64,000 nucleotides of DNA from Sporopachydermia quercuum. Taxonomy: Eukaryota. Both the position numbers and the translations under genes were made by a program. The notes below the pieces were generated by a model. It saw only the letters and a program-made list of their open reading frames with translations, ran no database searches and was not told where the DNA came from. Where the stretch lies: the NCBI GenBank assembly GCA_001599295.1, contig BCGN01000007.1, positions 508,433 through 572,432 on the forward strand. The letters are read 5' to 3'. Positions 35,834-47,895 of this stretch are shown piece after piece. Within the stretch, counting starts at the first letter, position 1. Each line of letters begins with the position of its first letter.

Positions 35834-36924
35834 TTAACAAAGTTGGATATTTAGGACCAGTTGCGAAGGAATATTCAGGCGGCGTGGAACTCGGATACTA
35901 TAATCAAGTAATCTGAAGCATAATGATACATTATCCTTCCTAGCCAGTACCTGGTAAGGCCCAGTTTCTCTCGATGTCATGCATTTGTATAGAAATAGGG
36001 ATATGGAGACATTTTGCTTGTTGTGGATTTTGGGCATAATTTTGGCTTCTGTTTCTTTCATGGCTTATTCTTGTATATACATCAGAACTGTTAGAGCACT
36101 GAGAGCAAAATCAATGATAGTATAGTATTAGCATGATGTCTCATTATTCGTTCGTAATTTCAAATGAGGAAGGCTACAGTGACATATTTCTACTAGTCTT
36201 TGTTATCAGTTTTTTATTAATTAATTTTTGTTATCACTCAATTCAAATCAACAGTTAGAAATTGATTCAGTTGTTATATACTCATAAAGGTTCTATCCGA
36301 GTGGACTAGAATAAACCATCTGCTTGTATGCTATAGCCGAGTCTCTTAGTATGACTGACTGAGTACTTTACAGTGGAAACTTCTATAACAAGAATGAAAA
36401 CGAATATGTCAAAACATAGCGGAAAATAAATAATGAGTACTTTTTGTAGTTTCTCTTTCTTTTCTTAATACTTCATTATAATAAGAAAATATATTGACCG
36501 TATCTATAGTCCTCCCTTCCTACAGTAACTAGAAATACCATTGCATATGCATTTGAGGAAGACACAGCACCCTGCTGGAGTTATAGACAGCTTTGAACAA
36601 TGAACTGAGAAATGTGAGCAAAACTACGCAATAAAAGGTAGCTAGAATAAAACAAGCTGAAAATTTTATCGGTATAATCAACTATATTTTATTACTTACA
36701 ATAAGTTAGCAACTTGGAAGATGGGAAGAGCTGACGAACGAATAGCAATTGAGAGAAATGTTTACGATTACGTAATCACTGTCCATCCGTAATAAAGTTA
36801 AACCTTAGTTTACAGGTTTATTTTGAAAATGGAATGATAAACTTTGTTTCCTACTCATCACACGCTTCTTTTCCTAAGGTGGTTATTGCACGATTGTCAA
36901 GAAACTTTTCTATAATTCGAGTCA

Positions 36925-37161
36925 ATTTGACTGGGGATATTTGACTGGGGATATTTGCTTATTAATGTTTACTTTATTGTATATGTCATATTTTGTACAT
37001 TGAGAACAAGGCATAGACTCACGTTTTGAGTCTTTGTGCAAATAATCCATTTTAGATGACTCCTTAACTTGAATTCACCACCAGCTGGGGTTTCACTTCT
37101 TTTGAATCACATTTAAGTTCCGATACTGGAAGCGTTTAGCTGGTAAAGAGAATATCTGGGG
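36925..37161 (+). promoter_or_regulatory. Cluster of Mig1/CreA-like SYGGRG boxes upstream of ATH1
   Basis: CTGGGG at 36931, 36945 (14-bp tandem duplicate), 37085 and 37156, mostly with AT-rich 5' flanks. Confidence 0.45.
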
Positions 37162-38569
37162 AAAATGAATTTATCTTTGAAAGCATGCTATTGCAGTCCA
37201 AGTGGCCCTAGTTGATAATTGAACAATATGTCTAGCTCGTGATACCGNGAAACATACAAACTATCAGCATATATTAACAATATAGAATNCCCATGATAGT
37301 ATTGCATTCAATAAAACACATCGCGCGTAAATTTTAGGCTTTTTTAGTGTGATTATTTGACAAGCATGTAGGATTTCTATAATACAGAAGGCTGAAGCTA
37401 TCGTGCGTTTACCAAGCCAGATGCTCAATTGACAAAGGTAGCCATGAACGGGACATACATGAGGCTTCTAGGATGCAACCAACTACCTGTAACAAAAATT
37501 ATACCTCTCCTGAATTAGATCCGATAAAGGAGTTGATGTTTCTAATAAAATACTAAGGAGTACACTTCTTTCGCAATACAGCCAATTCAACACACAAGGC
37601 TATTAATAACATAAGAAGCTGAATAAATAGAGTAGCTGACAATACACTCTAGAGCACCCAACCATTCAATCAATTATCAAAAATTAAGATATGATGTTTG
37701 GGTTGAAATCCACTCAATATATTAAACCTTCATTTCTGTACCTGTCTATTCTGCAGCTGTATTAATGATAAACTTATTTCACTCAATTAAAGTTTCTTCT
37801 TCAGATATAATTTTCTCGTTTAGGTATTCTAAAAGTGATGAAATCACTGTTTCATTTGAGCTTATTTATTTCAGGTCAAAGGTAAGTTTCAAATTGGTAA
37901 GTGTAGATCTTATTATTTAACTAAGCATTAGGGAAGGGAAAGAAGAGGTAGTTGAAAGTGAATAATCCTCTTATAATCGCTTGTTTTGTCACACCATTAA
38001 GCCATCTAAACAAGTATTAGCTCCTTGATATTATGATCCTGATCTCTGATGTTTTCCCGGTTATAGCAGATTCTCCATCGTACGTTCCCCACAACATTCG
38101 CTCCGAAACCTAAACCTTATATCCTTCCCTCTAACAACCTAAAAGCCGCAAACAAAAGATCATTCTCCCATTGTAGTTTCCATCTACAGATCTCATCTCG
38201 CCTCCTCTTACTACATCACTAACCCTTCATTTCACCATTGCTATGCAGAATAAATCTATACATAAGCTGTAGATTCCTGTTCTTGTAGTTATTATCATCA
38301 TTTATGGAAGGATATGAATATTTCGCAAGGTTCGCAGCTTTTCTTCTCAACAGAACAGTAGAAATCACACTTATTCCGTCTCATCCGTTTGCTTCACCGA
38401 ATGGTAGCATTGCCATACACAATGGGTAGAAGCTAGAAGGGTTAGAGAGAAGATTATATAGAACTTGCTATTCTGCCTAAAGAATCACTCATTGGACGAG
38501 TCGATCAGTGAACAGAGCCTAGAGTATTATTAATACCGGGAAACAACTCGCGTTTTGTTACAATCTGAG

Positions 38570-41500
38570 ATGACATNCCGTTGGTTGATCCGGAGAGACA
38601 TTCCTATGTCATCGCTGTTACCATCAAGCGGTACTCTTCCTGTATATATACAAAGAAAGAAACAAGCACGCAGAAACAATAGAAGCGAATTCACAACAGA
38701 AAATGCATCTGTCAACACTGATGCTTTCTACAGAAATGCAAAACTTGTGATTTTTATATTGTTGCTGCTACTCGTATNATCATTCATACTGACTAACACT
38801 TACACTNATCTACATGAGCTGATCAAAGCTCCTTTGCATGATTCTCAGCTTCGAAGAGTTAAAGGATACGACAGTAACTCAGAGAATTCTGTTGGAGGCT
38901 TGAAAGTGGCAAAGAATATAAATCAGCCTGCTTTTATACAGAAAAGTGTCATTCCTGTTGATTTGCATGAGAATAACAATAGAGATAAGGAGAAGTCTTC
39001 TCCTATTACCGGCGGTACCAATATTGAAAATGAATACTCCAAATTGCAACTATCAGACTCACATTACGTCCTTATTAACACAAATTATGATGGATCGACA
39101 ATCGATATTGCCAACTACACGGTCTATGCAACTGACTATACACACAATCATTTCCAACGAGAACCATACGTGTCTAACGGCTATATAGGCCTAAGGATAC
39201 CTGTGCAAGGGTTTGGCTTTGCTTATGATAATATCAGCTCCAGTGAAACCGAAGAACCCTTAGAGCAAGAAATTAACGGCTGGCCTCTTGATAATAGAAG
39301 ATTCACCGGTGCTTTTGTAGCTGGCTTCTTTGACTATCAAACAAAAATCCCCAGAACAAACTTCCCCGAGCTGCTAGATAAAGGCGGGGAGAGCGTTATA
39401 TCTACAATTCCCTGCTGGTCTAATATTATTATCACCGACTGTAAAACAGGAAAATCGTTAACAACTACAACCCCCAGTACTGAAATACAAGATTACTCTC
39501 AGGCGATGTCTTTTCAAGATGGTGTTGTTACCACTACTTTCTCCTGGCACCCTACTGACTCCATAAGCTATAACATCAGCTATATAGTTTATGCTCATAG
39601 GACTATTCCAACGCTGGGAGTTGTTTCTTTGAACGTTTCTGCCAATCAGAACAGTCGAATTGTCGTCACTGACACTCTGGACATTAAAACAAGTGAAAGG
39701 TCTACTATGGTATCATCTATCACTACATATTTCAAAGGTATCAGTATGACAGTTAGTCCCTACGGCTTGGATAGCAAGGAAACGAATGCAGTGATCACTT
39801 CTGTTTTGTCCTTACGAGATGGCCTTACCGAAGTGCAAAGTGAGACGTTTTCAGCATCGCCAGACGAATCAAGCATTTCCCACAGTTTCGTATTAAACCT
39901 TCATGCTGGTGTTCCTGTCGATATCAACAAATACTCTGGCATTGCAAGTACTAACGCATATGAAAAGCCTCTAGTAGCCACCAGCCAAGCTGTTTTCTCT
40001 GCTTTAGCCATTGGCCATCAGAGTCTTCTCAACATCCATAAGAAAGCTTGGAATCATCTATTCGGCCGATCAGACATTTCCTTCACATTCAACACTACTG
40101 AACTAGATATGAACCAGCAAAAGCTTCGTAAGGCTGTTGACTTGCAACTATCAGCCAGAGCAAGCCTGTTCCATCTCCTATCAAACCTTCGTGATGGGAA
40201 CGAAGGAAAGGGTCTCGGCGACAATTCTCTGCCTGTTGGTGGTCTCACCTCGGACTCTTATGCTGGGTTCATCTTCTGGGACGCCGACACTTGGATGTAC
40301 CCCAGCATTCTAGCGCTGCAGCCCAGCCATGCGAGGAACGTGTTGAACTATCGACTGAAGCTTTTCGACCAAGCAAAGAAGAATGCCGAAGAATACGGCT
40401 ATTCTGGCTCGTTGTACCCATGGACATCTTCACGCTTTGGCAACTGCACAAGCACCGGGCCGTGTGTTGATTACCAGTACCATTTGAACGCTGATATCTC
40501 GTTAGCGTTATGGCAGTACTACCTAAGCTCTAACGATACTCAATGGCTGGAAGAAAAAGCGTATCCAGTGATCAAATCATCTGCTAACTTCTTCACAGAG
40601 TACGTTCAATTGAATCAGACCACAGGCGAATTCTGGACTCGGAATCTCACGGATCCCGATGAATATGCGAACTATATTGACGATGGGGCATATACGAACG
40701 CTGCTATAGCTAATCTATACAAAATAGCAGCTGAAGCAGCAGGAATACTGGGAAGGTCTGGTGATATTAAGAAAAAATGGATTGATATAAACGAGAATAT
40801 TAGGATTCCTTTGAACAGTGATCGAGATATCATAGAGGAATTCGAAGGAATGAATGGATCGGCAGCAGTGAAACAAGCTGATGTTGTGCTGATGGAATAT
40901 CCTTTAGAATATGAGCTCCCAGTGGGGGATTTGATAGACAATCCTTTGAGTTCTAGGCAAATCATGCAGAACTCTTTACACTACTACTCTTTAAGACAAT
41001 CTCCAGACGGGCCTGCTATGACATATGCAATTTATGCTATTGACGTGTTGAAATTGGCTTCTACTGGCTGCTCGGGGAAAACGTATCTCGAGGCTTCGTA
41101 TTCTCCTTATATAAGGGCTCCTTTCTACCAGTTCTCAGAACAGGTAGATGATAATCCGGAAACTAATGGTGATACCCATCCAGCTTTTCCTTTCTTTACT
41201 GGCCATGGAGGTTTCCTGCAGGTATTCACCCATGGATTCACTGGATACCGCCAAAGAACGTATGGAGCATCCTTTGACCCTGCGATGCCTATTGGTATGG
41301 ATTTCACTGGATATACAGTGAAAGGCATGCATATTCAAGGAGGTATATTTGATGTCACGGTGGCATCCGATGGGTTTTCAATTAACTATGTCGATGAATA
41401 CGAAAGTGAGGCTGCTGTGACTATTTCTGTAGTTAATCGGGGTAAAAACGATGGTAAAACTGAAGCTGAAGCAACAGTTGAGTTTTTCCAGATAACCCAT

Positions 41501-42046
41501 GGCGAGAGTATTACTGGCCCTGTATTTGTTCCTTCTGTTGATGAAGATCTGGTTGGAACTTGCACTGACTCGGTTGTATTGAATAAAGGTCGTGGCACAG
41601 CTATTTCTAGTTCTATTAACGATGGTGATAATTCTACCTACTGGGAGGCTGCAAATAATGGTACCAATTATCTATTNATTGACGTAGGAAATAACACAAT
41701 TGTGTCTGAAGCTTTGATCATCTGGGGGTCAAACCCCCCTATTTCGTACTCTATAGGATCAATTGATAGGACAAGCATTGAAAAGCTTGAGATTAATAGT
41801 ATATATGATATTAGAGGGGAAGAGAAAGTGCAATGGGCTGTTGAGGATAGAAATGTTGATATCACGGTACCATTCAATGCAGATGACTACATAGAAGCGA
41901 AATTTGTGGGCAATAACTATACGTCGATCAGGTTTGATGATGGAGGGTTCTTGCCATTGGATGGATATGTTGTATTGGAAATATCTGGTGCTTATGAGAG
42001 TGTTGCAAGAGTATCAGAAGTGTACTTGTATGGGGAAAAGAATTGA
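38570..42046 (+). CDS. ATH1: Acid trehalase, GH65, with N-terminal type II membrane anchor (start 38570 or 38606)
   Basis: PYVSNGYIG, GWPL..RRFTGAFV, GGLTSDSYAG..FWDADTW, CVDYQYH, TDPDEYAN, VKQADVVL, GPAMTY, HPAFPF.TGHGG; TM LVIFILLLLLV. Confidence 0.95.
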   Translation: MTXRWLIRRDIPMSSLLPSSGTLPVYIQRKKQARRNNRSEFTTENASVNTDAFYRNAKLVIFILLLLLVXSFILTNTYTXLHELIKAPLHDSQLRRVKGYDSNSENSVGGLKVAKNINQPAFIQKSVIPVDLHENNNRDKEKSSPITGGTNIENEYSKLQLSDSHYVLINTNYDGSTIDIANYTVYATDYTHNHFQREPYVSNGYIGLRIPVQGFGFAYDNISSSETEEPLEQEINGWPLDNRRFTGAFVAGFFDYQTKIPRTNFPELLDKGGESVISTIPCWSNIIITDCKTGKSLTTTTPSTEIQDYSQAMSFQDGVVTTTFSWHPTDSISYNISYIVYAHRTIPTLGVVSLNVSANQNSRIVVTDTLDIKTSERSTMVSSITTYFKGISMTVSPYGLDSKETNAVITSVLSLRDGLTEVQSETFSASPDESSISHSFVLNLHAGVPVDINKYSGIASTNAYEKPLVATSQAVFSALAIGHQSLLNIHKKAWNHLFGRSDISFTFNTTELDMNQQKLRKAVDLQLSARASLFHLLSNLRDGNEGKGLGDNSLPVGGLTSDSYAGFIFWDADTWMYPSILALQPSHARNVLNYRLKLFDQAKKNAEEYGYSGSLYPWTSSRFGNCTSTGPCVDYQYHLNADISLALWQYYLSSNDTQWLEEKAYPVIKSSANFFTEYVQLNQTTGEFWTRNLTDPDEYANYIDDGAYTNAAIANLYKIAAEAAGILGRSGDIKKKWIDINENIRIPLNSDRDIIEEFEGMNGSAAVKQADVVLMEYPLEYELPVGDLIDNPLSSRQIMQNSLHYYSLRQSPDGPAMTYAIYAIDVLKLASTGCSGKTYLEASYSPYIRAPFYQFSEQVDDNPETNGDTHPAFPFFTGHGGFLQVFTHGFTGYRQRTYGASFDPAMPIGMDFTGYTVKGMHIQGGIFDVTVASDGFSINYVDEYESEAAVTISVVNRGKNDGKTEAEATVEFFQITHGESITGPVFVPSVDEDLVGTCTDSVVLNKGRGTAISSSINDGDNSTYWEAANNGTNYLXIDVGNNTIVSEALIIWGSNPPISYSIGSIDRTSIEKLEINSIYDIRGEEKVQWAVEDRNVDITVPFNADDYIEAKFVGNNYTSIRFDDGGFLPLDGYVVLEISGAYESVARVSEVYLYGEKN

Positions 42047-42407
42047 TTAGAACTGAAAGGATATGAANGTCTTTAAAGAAGTCAAAGGCACATCAGTGCA
42101 ATATTTGGTAGTTGGGATCCAAATGAACAATGAGTAATGAATAATGAATAATGATAATAACTAATGAAAAGTCTGTATAATAAATATAAATAACGATTAA
42201 CAAGCATTTACAACTGCTTCACTGTCAATGTAGTAGTAGGNCACTTTTTTTTCTAAGGAACATAGCAGTAGCAAATCATAGCTTCACCTTTCAACAGCAA
42301 AATCACAATAAATTTACAGTCATACATAGTAGAGTAAAGCATTATTTAGGATGTTTATTTTTATGAATAGAATTCTGCAACAAATACATTACAAAACACT
42401 AGCTCGT

Positions 42408-42770
42408 TTAGTAAGCAGCCTTAGCAGCATCAGTAGGGTTGACTTTGTTTCCATCACGGTTGAATCTAACTCTGACAGGAGGAGTTCTGACCTTTCTACC
42501 TTCTCTTGATCTGACTCTGACAATCTTGGAGTGGATAGCACAAGAAACACAGTAGTGTAACTTGACGTACAACTTAGGTAAAGCGTATTCTTGGTAGACG
42601 GAAGCTTCACTTAAATCTCTGACGGCAGCGGATTCAACCATGTTTCTGATGTTGAAACGCTTGATGGCCTTATCCTTGGGAACACATCTGGCACAGTTTG
42701 TGCATCGGACGAAATTGACGTGTCCTCTTCCCTTCTTGTTACGTCCGTTGGATGATCTCTTCTTAGGCAT
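42408..42770 (-). CDS. RPS26: 40S ribosomal protein eS26
   Basis: [36 protein letters not shown]...YCVSCAIH. Confidence 0.98.
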   Translation of the reverse strand: MPKKRSSNGRNKKGRGHVNFVRCTNCARCVPKDKAIKRFNIRNMVESAAVRDLSEASVYQEYALPKLYVKLHYCVSCAIHSKIVRVRSREGRKVRTPPVRVRFNRDGNKVNPTDAAKAAY

Positions 42771-42779
42771 TTTGGATAA

Positions 42780-43259
42780 CTATTTGGGATGTTAGTATGT
42801 TTGCTACGAATGTAAAGAACGAGTTGAGCGTTGATATATTGACACGATTGACCACGATTGGCGATATAGTTGAAAACAAGTGGAGTTTGAAGATTAGATA
42901 TTTTGGTTTAATATTGCTGAGAATTATGTGTTCTTCAAAATAGCTGCTTGTTTCTAGCGACGGTAGTGTATATATGAGCTTTCATAGTCAGTTGATTGGT
43001 TTCCTGATGGTTGTCNTTATTAGTTCTAGCGAGTCATTAATCAGTGGTGAAATGCTCCAGCTAACTCTTTCTATTCATATATTTGATATATTCCTTTAGG
43101 TATTATTGCCTTTTAACTGAAACTTCTACAATTCCCGCATAGTGGTTGATTTCCCTATAATGATGTTCATAACTATTCTCATCCATCATCCTCTCAAGAA
43201 ATACCGTCTACCAGCTTGTTTAGGTCAATCGGTCTACAACAGATACATCTGTTACTTAC
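42780..43259 (-). other. 5'-UTR intron of RPS26 (480 nt)
   Basis: GTAAGT at 43259; TACTAAC..TAG ends 9 nt before the ATG. S. cerevisiae RPS26 genes also have leader introns. Confidence 0.75.
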
Positions 43260-43625
43260 TATCAAGTATAATTCTGCTAAACTGGTGTTGAAGAACAGAT
43301 ATATATGTTACTTTGAATCAACAAAAATAGTGTTACAGAGACGTTCAATTCAGCAATAACGACTTTCTATTATGCTTTATGGGAGGAAATTGGTGAAGAA
43401 AGTAAGAGTAGCAGTAGCTTAAGCAAGACCAGTAGTGAAACATTGGCGCTCAGGGTTTGGTGCGTGGCTTCTCCCAATACTAGCAATAGACGAGTGCGCT
43501 TGGTTTCGACAGTGCGTAAGGTGAATTGAATTGATAGCTAATAGATGAAAGTGTACTTGTACTGATAATTACGCATTTATTAGCGAATATTTTAAAATGG
43601 ACGTCGATATAGGGTATATATTATA

Positions 43626-43656
43626 TCACGTGAGCAACACACATTGCAGCTTAGGG
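43626..43656. promoter_or_regulatory. Cbf1 (TCACGTGA) and Tbf1-like (TTAGGG) sites upstream of RPS26
   Basis: TCACGTGA 43626-43633 and TTAGGG 43651-43656. Confidence 0.45.
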
Positions 43657-44949
43657 TGCAATGTGTGAATCATCGCATCTCGTCTCAGAGCTCTCAGAAA
43701 TGCTCTGTGTTCCAAGCAGGGGCAACGTCAAAACTTGACAATTATTAGCCAGATTATGCTTTGAGAGCTTGTCCTGTTACTACTAATCAACAACTAATTT
43801 GAAATCTGGAATAAAAAGTATGAAATAAGTAGTTCCTTATTCTTAGAACATTTGTTGAGCCTAATATAACAATTAGTTGGTTTCGGCACTCTCCAAATAA
43901 ATCTGCCATAATGGCGTGAATGTTAGTTACTGGTCTCGTGAAATTTGGGACCAATGTATGACACTTTGATTCCTATTTCAGAAATGGATAAACACTATTT
44001 CCTCATCAGGAAAACATCTATTATGACAATTCAAGACATACATCAACTATGCAGATTTATTGTATAAATGATCATTGTTCTATTTTTATCTTCGGTATAA
44101 CTAACTCTCCCCCACTCCCTCCATGTTGAGAAGCATTATTTCAGGACAGATTTTCTATGAAATTTCTTGGATTTCAATGGACTTGGTTGATTGTGGAAAT
44201 TGTCCTAAACCATCTTTTAATATCAGTAGGACCATTGCTTGGGAGTAGTGTCAAAGTTCTTGATGTACGACAACAACACAGTTATCACTTCTAAACAGTA
44301 ATAATCTGCATTTAACACTAATGAACGCGTTTTAGAATCCGCTTCTGATCTACCCTAGAACTCACTCAAACAGTTCAACTGAACAGAACCCTTCTCCTGT
44401 TTTGCAATATAAAACACGTTGAAGACTTTTCTGGAACTACACTATCTCCGCTGAATTGTTACTATTCACAACTTCATGACTTTCTTGAAAACTATTGATC
44501 CTGCGCCCAAGTCAATTGGTTGTCGTAAGGAATAATTTTGCCGTTAATTTTGCGATTATCTGTCTATCGTAATTTTTCCCAACTTATTACTTCGTCGCGT
44601 AAACAGCTGATTGCCGATAAAGCCCCACCTTCCATCCATTTCTCAATATTACGAAATTAAACTCAGGACATTTTGTCCAATAAAATCCATGACATGCATA
44701 AAAGAAAAAATACGTAAACCTAAATACCATGAAAAAAATATCACCATCTCGGAACGATACTTTGTGATCTGACATGGATGAATAAATCTCCTCAATACCT
44801 TTCAGAAAAGCTGGAGAAAATAAAGAATTTGGATTGTTCTTTTCTTTTATTGTTCAGTAGCAGGAAGAAGGAAGAAAAGGAGCATACAGTTGTTTTCAGT
44901 AGAATTGTTTTCTTCTTCCCTTCTTTCAAACTGAGTTGGAATTAGCATT

Positions 44950-45126
44950 GTAAGTATATAGCACAAGTCTTTCAAATATTATCATATGTTATATCCCATC
45001 GCTTTACTATTTTGCTATTAAGGAAGGGTCAATGGACATATATAAGGAAGAAAGGATAAGTAAAAAGCCTTCCAATTCAAGAGTACTCTACTAACAAAAA
45101 TCTCCTTTTATTTGAAGCTTTTACAG
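44950..45126 (+). other. Probable 5'-UTR intron of UTR2 (acceptor AAG 45117 or CAG 45126)
   Basis: GTAAGT at 44950, TACTAAC at 45089-45095, ATG at 45161. Confidence 0.65.
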
Positions 45127-45160
45127 GTTTGTCTCTGTTCAACATTCTACCATCTTCAAA

Positions 45161-46567
45161 ATGAGATACTCCACAACCTTAGGATTGGGATTAGGAATAA
45201 TCCTTTTGCTACTAAATGTTGCATCTGCTGCTGAAACATACTATTGCAATGAAACAGTCACATGTCCAGAAGAATTCCCATGTTGTTCACAGTACAATCA
45301 ATGTGGTACTGGTGCTTACTGCCTAGGAGGATGTGATCCTCGATTCTCATTCAACGAGTCTTCCTGTATGCCAATGCCTCTCTGTAAGAACGTGGATGAC
45401 AAGATGTCCATTTCTAAAATGAAGAGAACCGACGAATATTTAGGAAACGTTTCAGAAACCAACTGGGTTTACAGCGGTGAAGTTATGGATTATGATGATT
45501 CAGTTATTTTGGCTATGCCTAAGAACTCTGGTGGTACTGTTATCTCATCTTCTTTTTATGTTTGGTATGGTAAAGTGTCTTTGACATTCAAATCGTCAAG
45601 AGATAAAGGTGTTGTTTCTGCAGCTATTTTATTTTCAGATATTAAGGATGAGTTGGATTATGAATTTGTAGGTGCTGATTTAGAAACGGTTCAAACCAAT
45701 TTCTATTGGCAGGGCGATTTAAATTGGACCAACTCTGCCAATATCTCTCTATCCAACACGTTTGACAACTATCATACATACGAAATTGACTGGCAAGAAG
45801 ATCAAACAGAATGGATAGTTGACGGACAAGTTGGTAGAGTCTTGAAGAAAGCTGATACCTGGAATGATACCCTCAAGATTTATCAATACCCTCAAACTCC
45901 TTCAAGAGTTCAGATTTCTCTTTGGCCTGGTGGAAATGCTACTAATGAAGAAGGTACTATTGCATGGGCTGGTGGTGAAATCGATTGGGATGCTCCTGAC
46001 ATTATTAATCCTGGTTACTACTATGCTATGCTTGAGAGTGTTTCTGTTGAATGCTATGATGTCCCTGACGGAACCGATGTCTCCAATAACCAAGTGTCTT
46101 ATGTTTATAGTAATTTGAGAGGTCTTCAAGAAGACGTCAAGATCACCGATGAAAGTACCATCTTAGGATCTTTTGAAGCTACTGGGTTTGATCCGAATAA
46201 GGGCGAAGAAGAAGAAGATGATGACAATGACAATAAAGTTCCAAGTGGTTCTGGCACTGGTAGTGATACTAACCGAGGTGATAGTGACGAGGATGAGAAT
46301 TCTAGTAGCAGTTCTAGTTCTTCTAGTTCCTCATCCAGCGAAAGATCCTCGTCCAGCGAGGGTTCTTCCCAAACTACTGCCAGCGAGACAGATTCTACAT
46401 CTTCTAGTAGATCCTCTACCAGTACTTCTGATTTCACTGGTGGATTCGTTCAAGATTCTGTTTCTGAGACTTCCTCTTCTAACGGATCCTACGATTTGGG
46501 TTTGAATTTTGCANGTTCAATTATTGCTATGATTGCTCTAGCATTATCTACAGTTTATGTTTTCTAG
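45161..46567 (+). CDS. UTR2: GPI-anchored GH16 chitin transglycosylase with N-terminal chitin-binding module
   Basis: Signal peptide, CPEEFPCCSQYNQCGTGAYCLGGCDPRFS, catalytic DELDYE, PQTPSRVQISLWPGG, Ser-rich stalk, hydrophobic C-terminus. Confidence 0.92.
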   Translation: MRYSTTLGLGLGIILLLLNVASAAETYYCNETVTCPEEFPCCSQYNQCGTGAYCLGGCDPRFSFNESSCMPMPLCKNVDDKMSISKMKRTDEYLGNVSETNWVYSGEVMDYDDSVILAMPKNSGGTVISSSFYVWYGKVSLTFKSSRDKGVVSAAILFSDIKDELDYEFVGADLETVQTNFYWQGDLNWTNSANISLSNTFDNYHTYEIDWQEDQTEWIVDGQVGRVLKKADTWNDTLKIYQYPQTPSRVQISLWPGGNATNEEGTIAWAGGEIDWDAPDIINPGYYYAMLESVSVECYDVPDGTDVSNNQVSYVYSNLRGLQEDVKITDESTILGSFEATGFDPNKGEEEEDDDNDNKVPSGSGTGSDTNRGDSDEDENSSSSSSSSSSSSSERSSSSEGSSQTTASETDSTSSSRSSTSTSDFTGGFVQDSVSETSSSNGSYDLGLNFAXSIIAMIALALSTVYVF

Positions 46568-47895
46568 AAGAGCTGCAGAACATTCGTTTATAAGAATTAA
46601 CAGAGCATATCAGTCGTTAACCCTCTGTTACAATGTATTAGAATAGCCGTTTAGACGATAATACATAACGGTATACCCAACTCCAATATTTACCCTTTTT
46701 CAATTGGCCTATTGATATCAAACTTTCAACTTTTCATAACGAAACTATCAAACAATTAATCAAATCGGCCATCACTAAAAGCTCAATTCAACACTCTTTA
46801 AACTATTTAGTTCAGTTTTTTTATTGATAATATATTTGTTGTATTCAATAGCAACAACCAGCAATAGCTCGAGACACGTTACTACTCGAATTGATTTTAA
46901 ATCGCCCTAAGCATTAGATTCCTTGTAGTATCCCAATTGATGATCATTGCACCGTCTCTATTCATGTAGCCAGTGGACAACTGATTCCAGCCTTTCATTC
47001 AGTTTATTGCCCCGTTATCCTTTAAACTCAAGCTACGACAATTTTCTAACCTCGGTAATTGCTAATAAATTGACTACTGTCAAATTATACTGATATTCAA
47101 ACCTCAGTCAACTCAAACAAACCCATATTTCTCATCACCTTTTACTCTATCATCTCCGAAATACCTTTTCTCCCTATCGTCTCCGGAATATTAATTTATC
47201 TCTTGTATATCCCTTTCTACTTTATAAGCTCTCCGGGTAATATTTCATTCCCCAATTAAGAAATAACCACCTGGCTGTTTTGTACCACGTACTTCTCATA
47301 TTGTACAAAGTCAAAAAGCGCTGATGATTTGACAACCTCATTTTGAACCCCCAGATTGAAAATCGTCCTGTTCGGCAGATCTGAGAGCAAATATTCAATC
47401 CATCAACTGAGCTCATGTCTATTTAGCATCTACATAGTCAGGCGTAAAAATCAACAATTGGCCAAACTGTTTGCTTTGTAGATTGATCAAACAAAAAGCA
47501 AACTCGAGTACTGGTTAGTTTGCAATTGATTGATTGCTATTACCTCAAAGTGAAACATTCTTTGGCGATACGCGACAGACTGTCATTGGTATCGTTCTTG
47601 TTATTGCTTATTGGTTAGATATACATATAAGCAATAAGAAAGACGGATAATCGGAAGACGCGTAAAGATTAAACGAATTGTACTATCCGCTCGGTTTAAA
47701 GAAGGTAAAGCATCAGTAACGTATTATCAGTTCGATCAGTGTGTATGTTTCAATTTGAATATCGACAGCTGATCTGGTACTATAATTGAGTAGAAAGTGT
47801 TGTTGGTAGTAGAGTAACAAGCTGTGAAGCGGTATTTGATTTATATAGTGAAAGGGAGAATTGTTAGAGATTGGAAGATATAGTAACGGATCAAG

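Noticed and set aside
37872..37931. Splice-like signals CAG|GTCAAAG|GTAAGT and a second GTAAGT
   Set aside because: No convincing branch point or linked reading frame.
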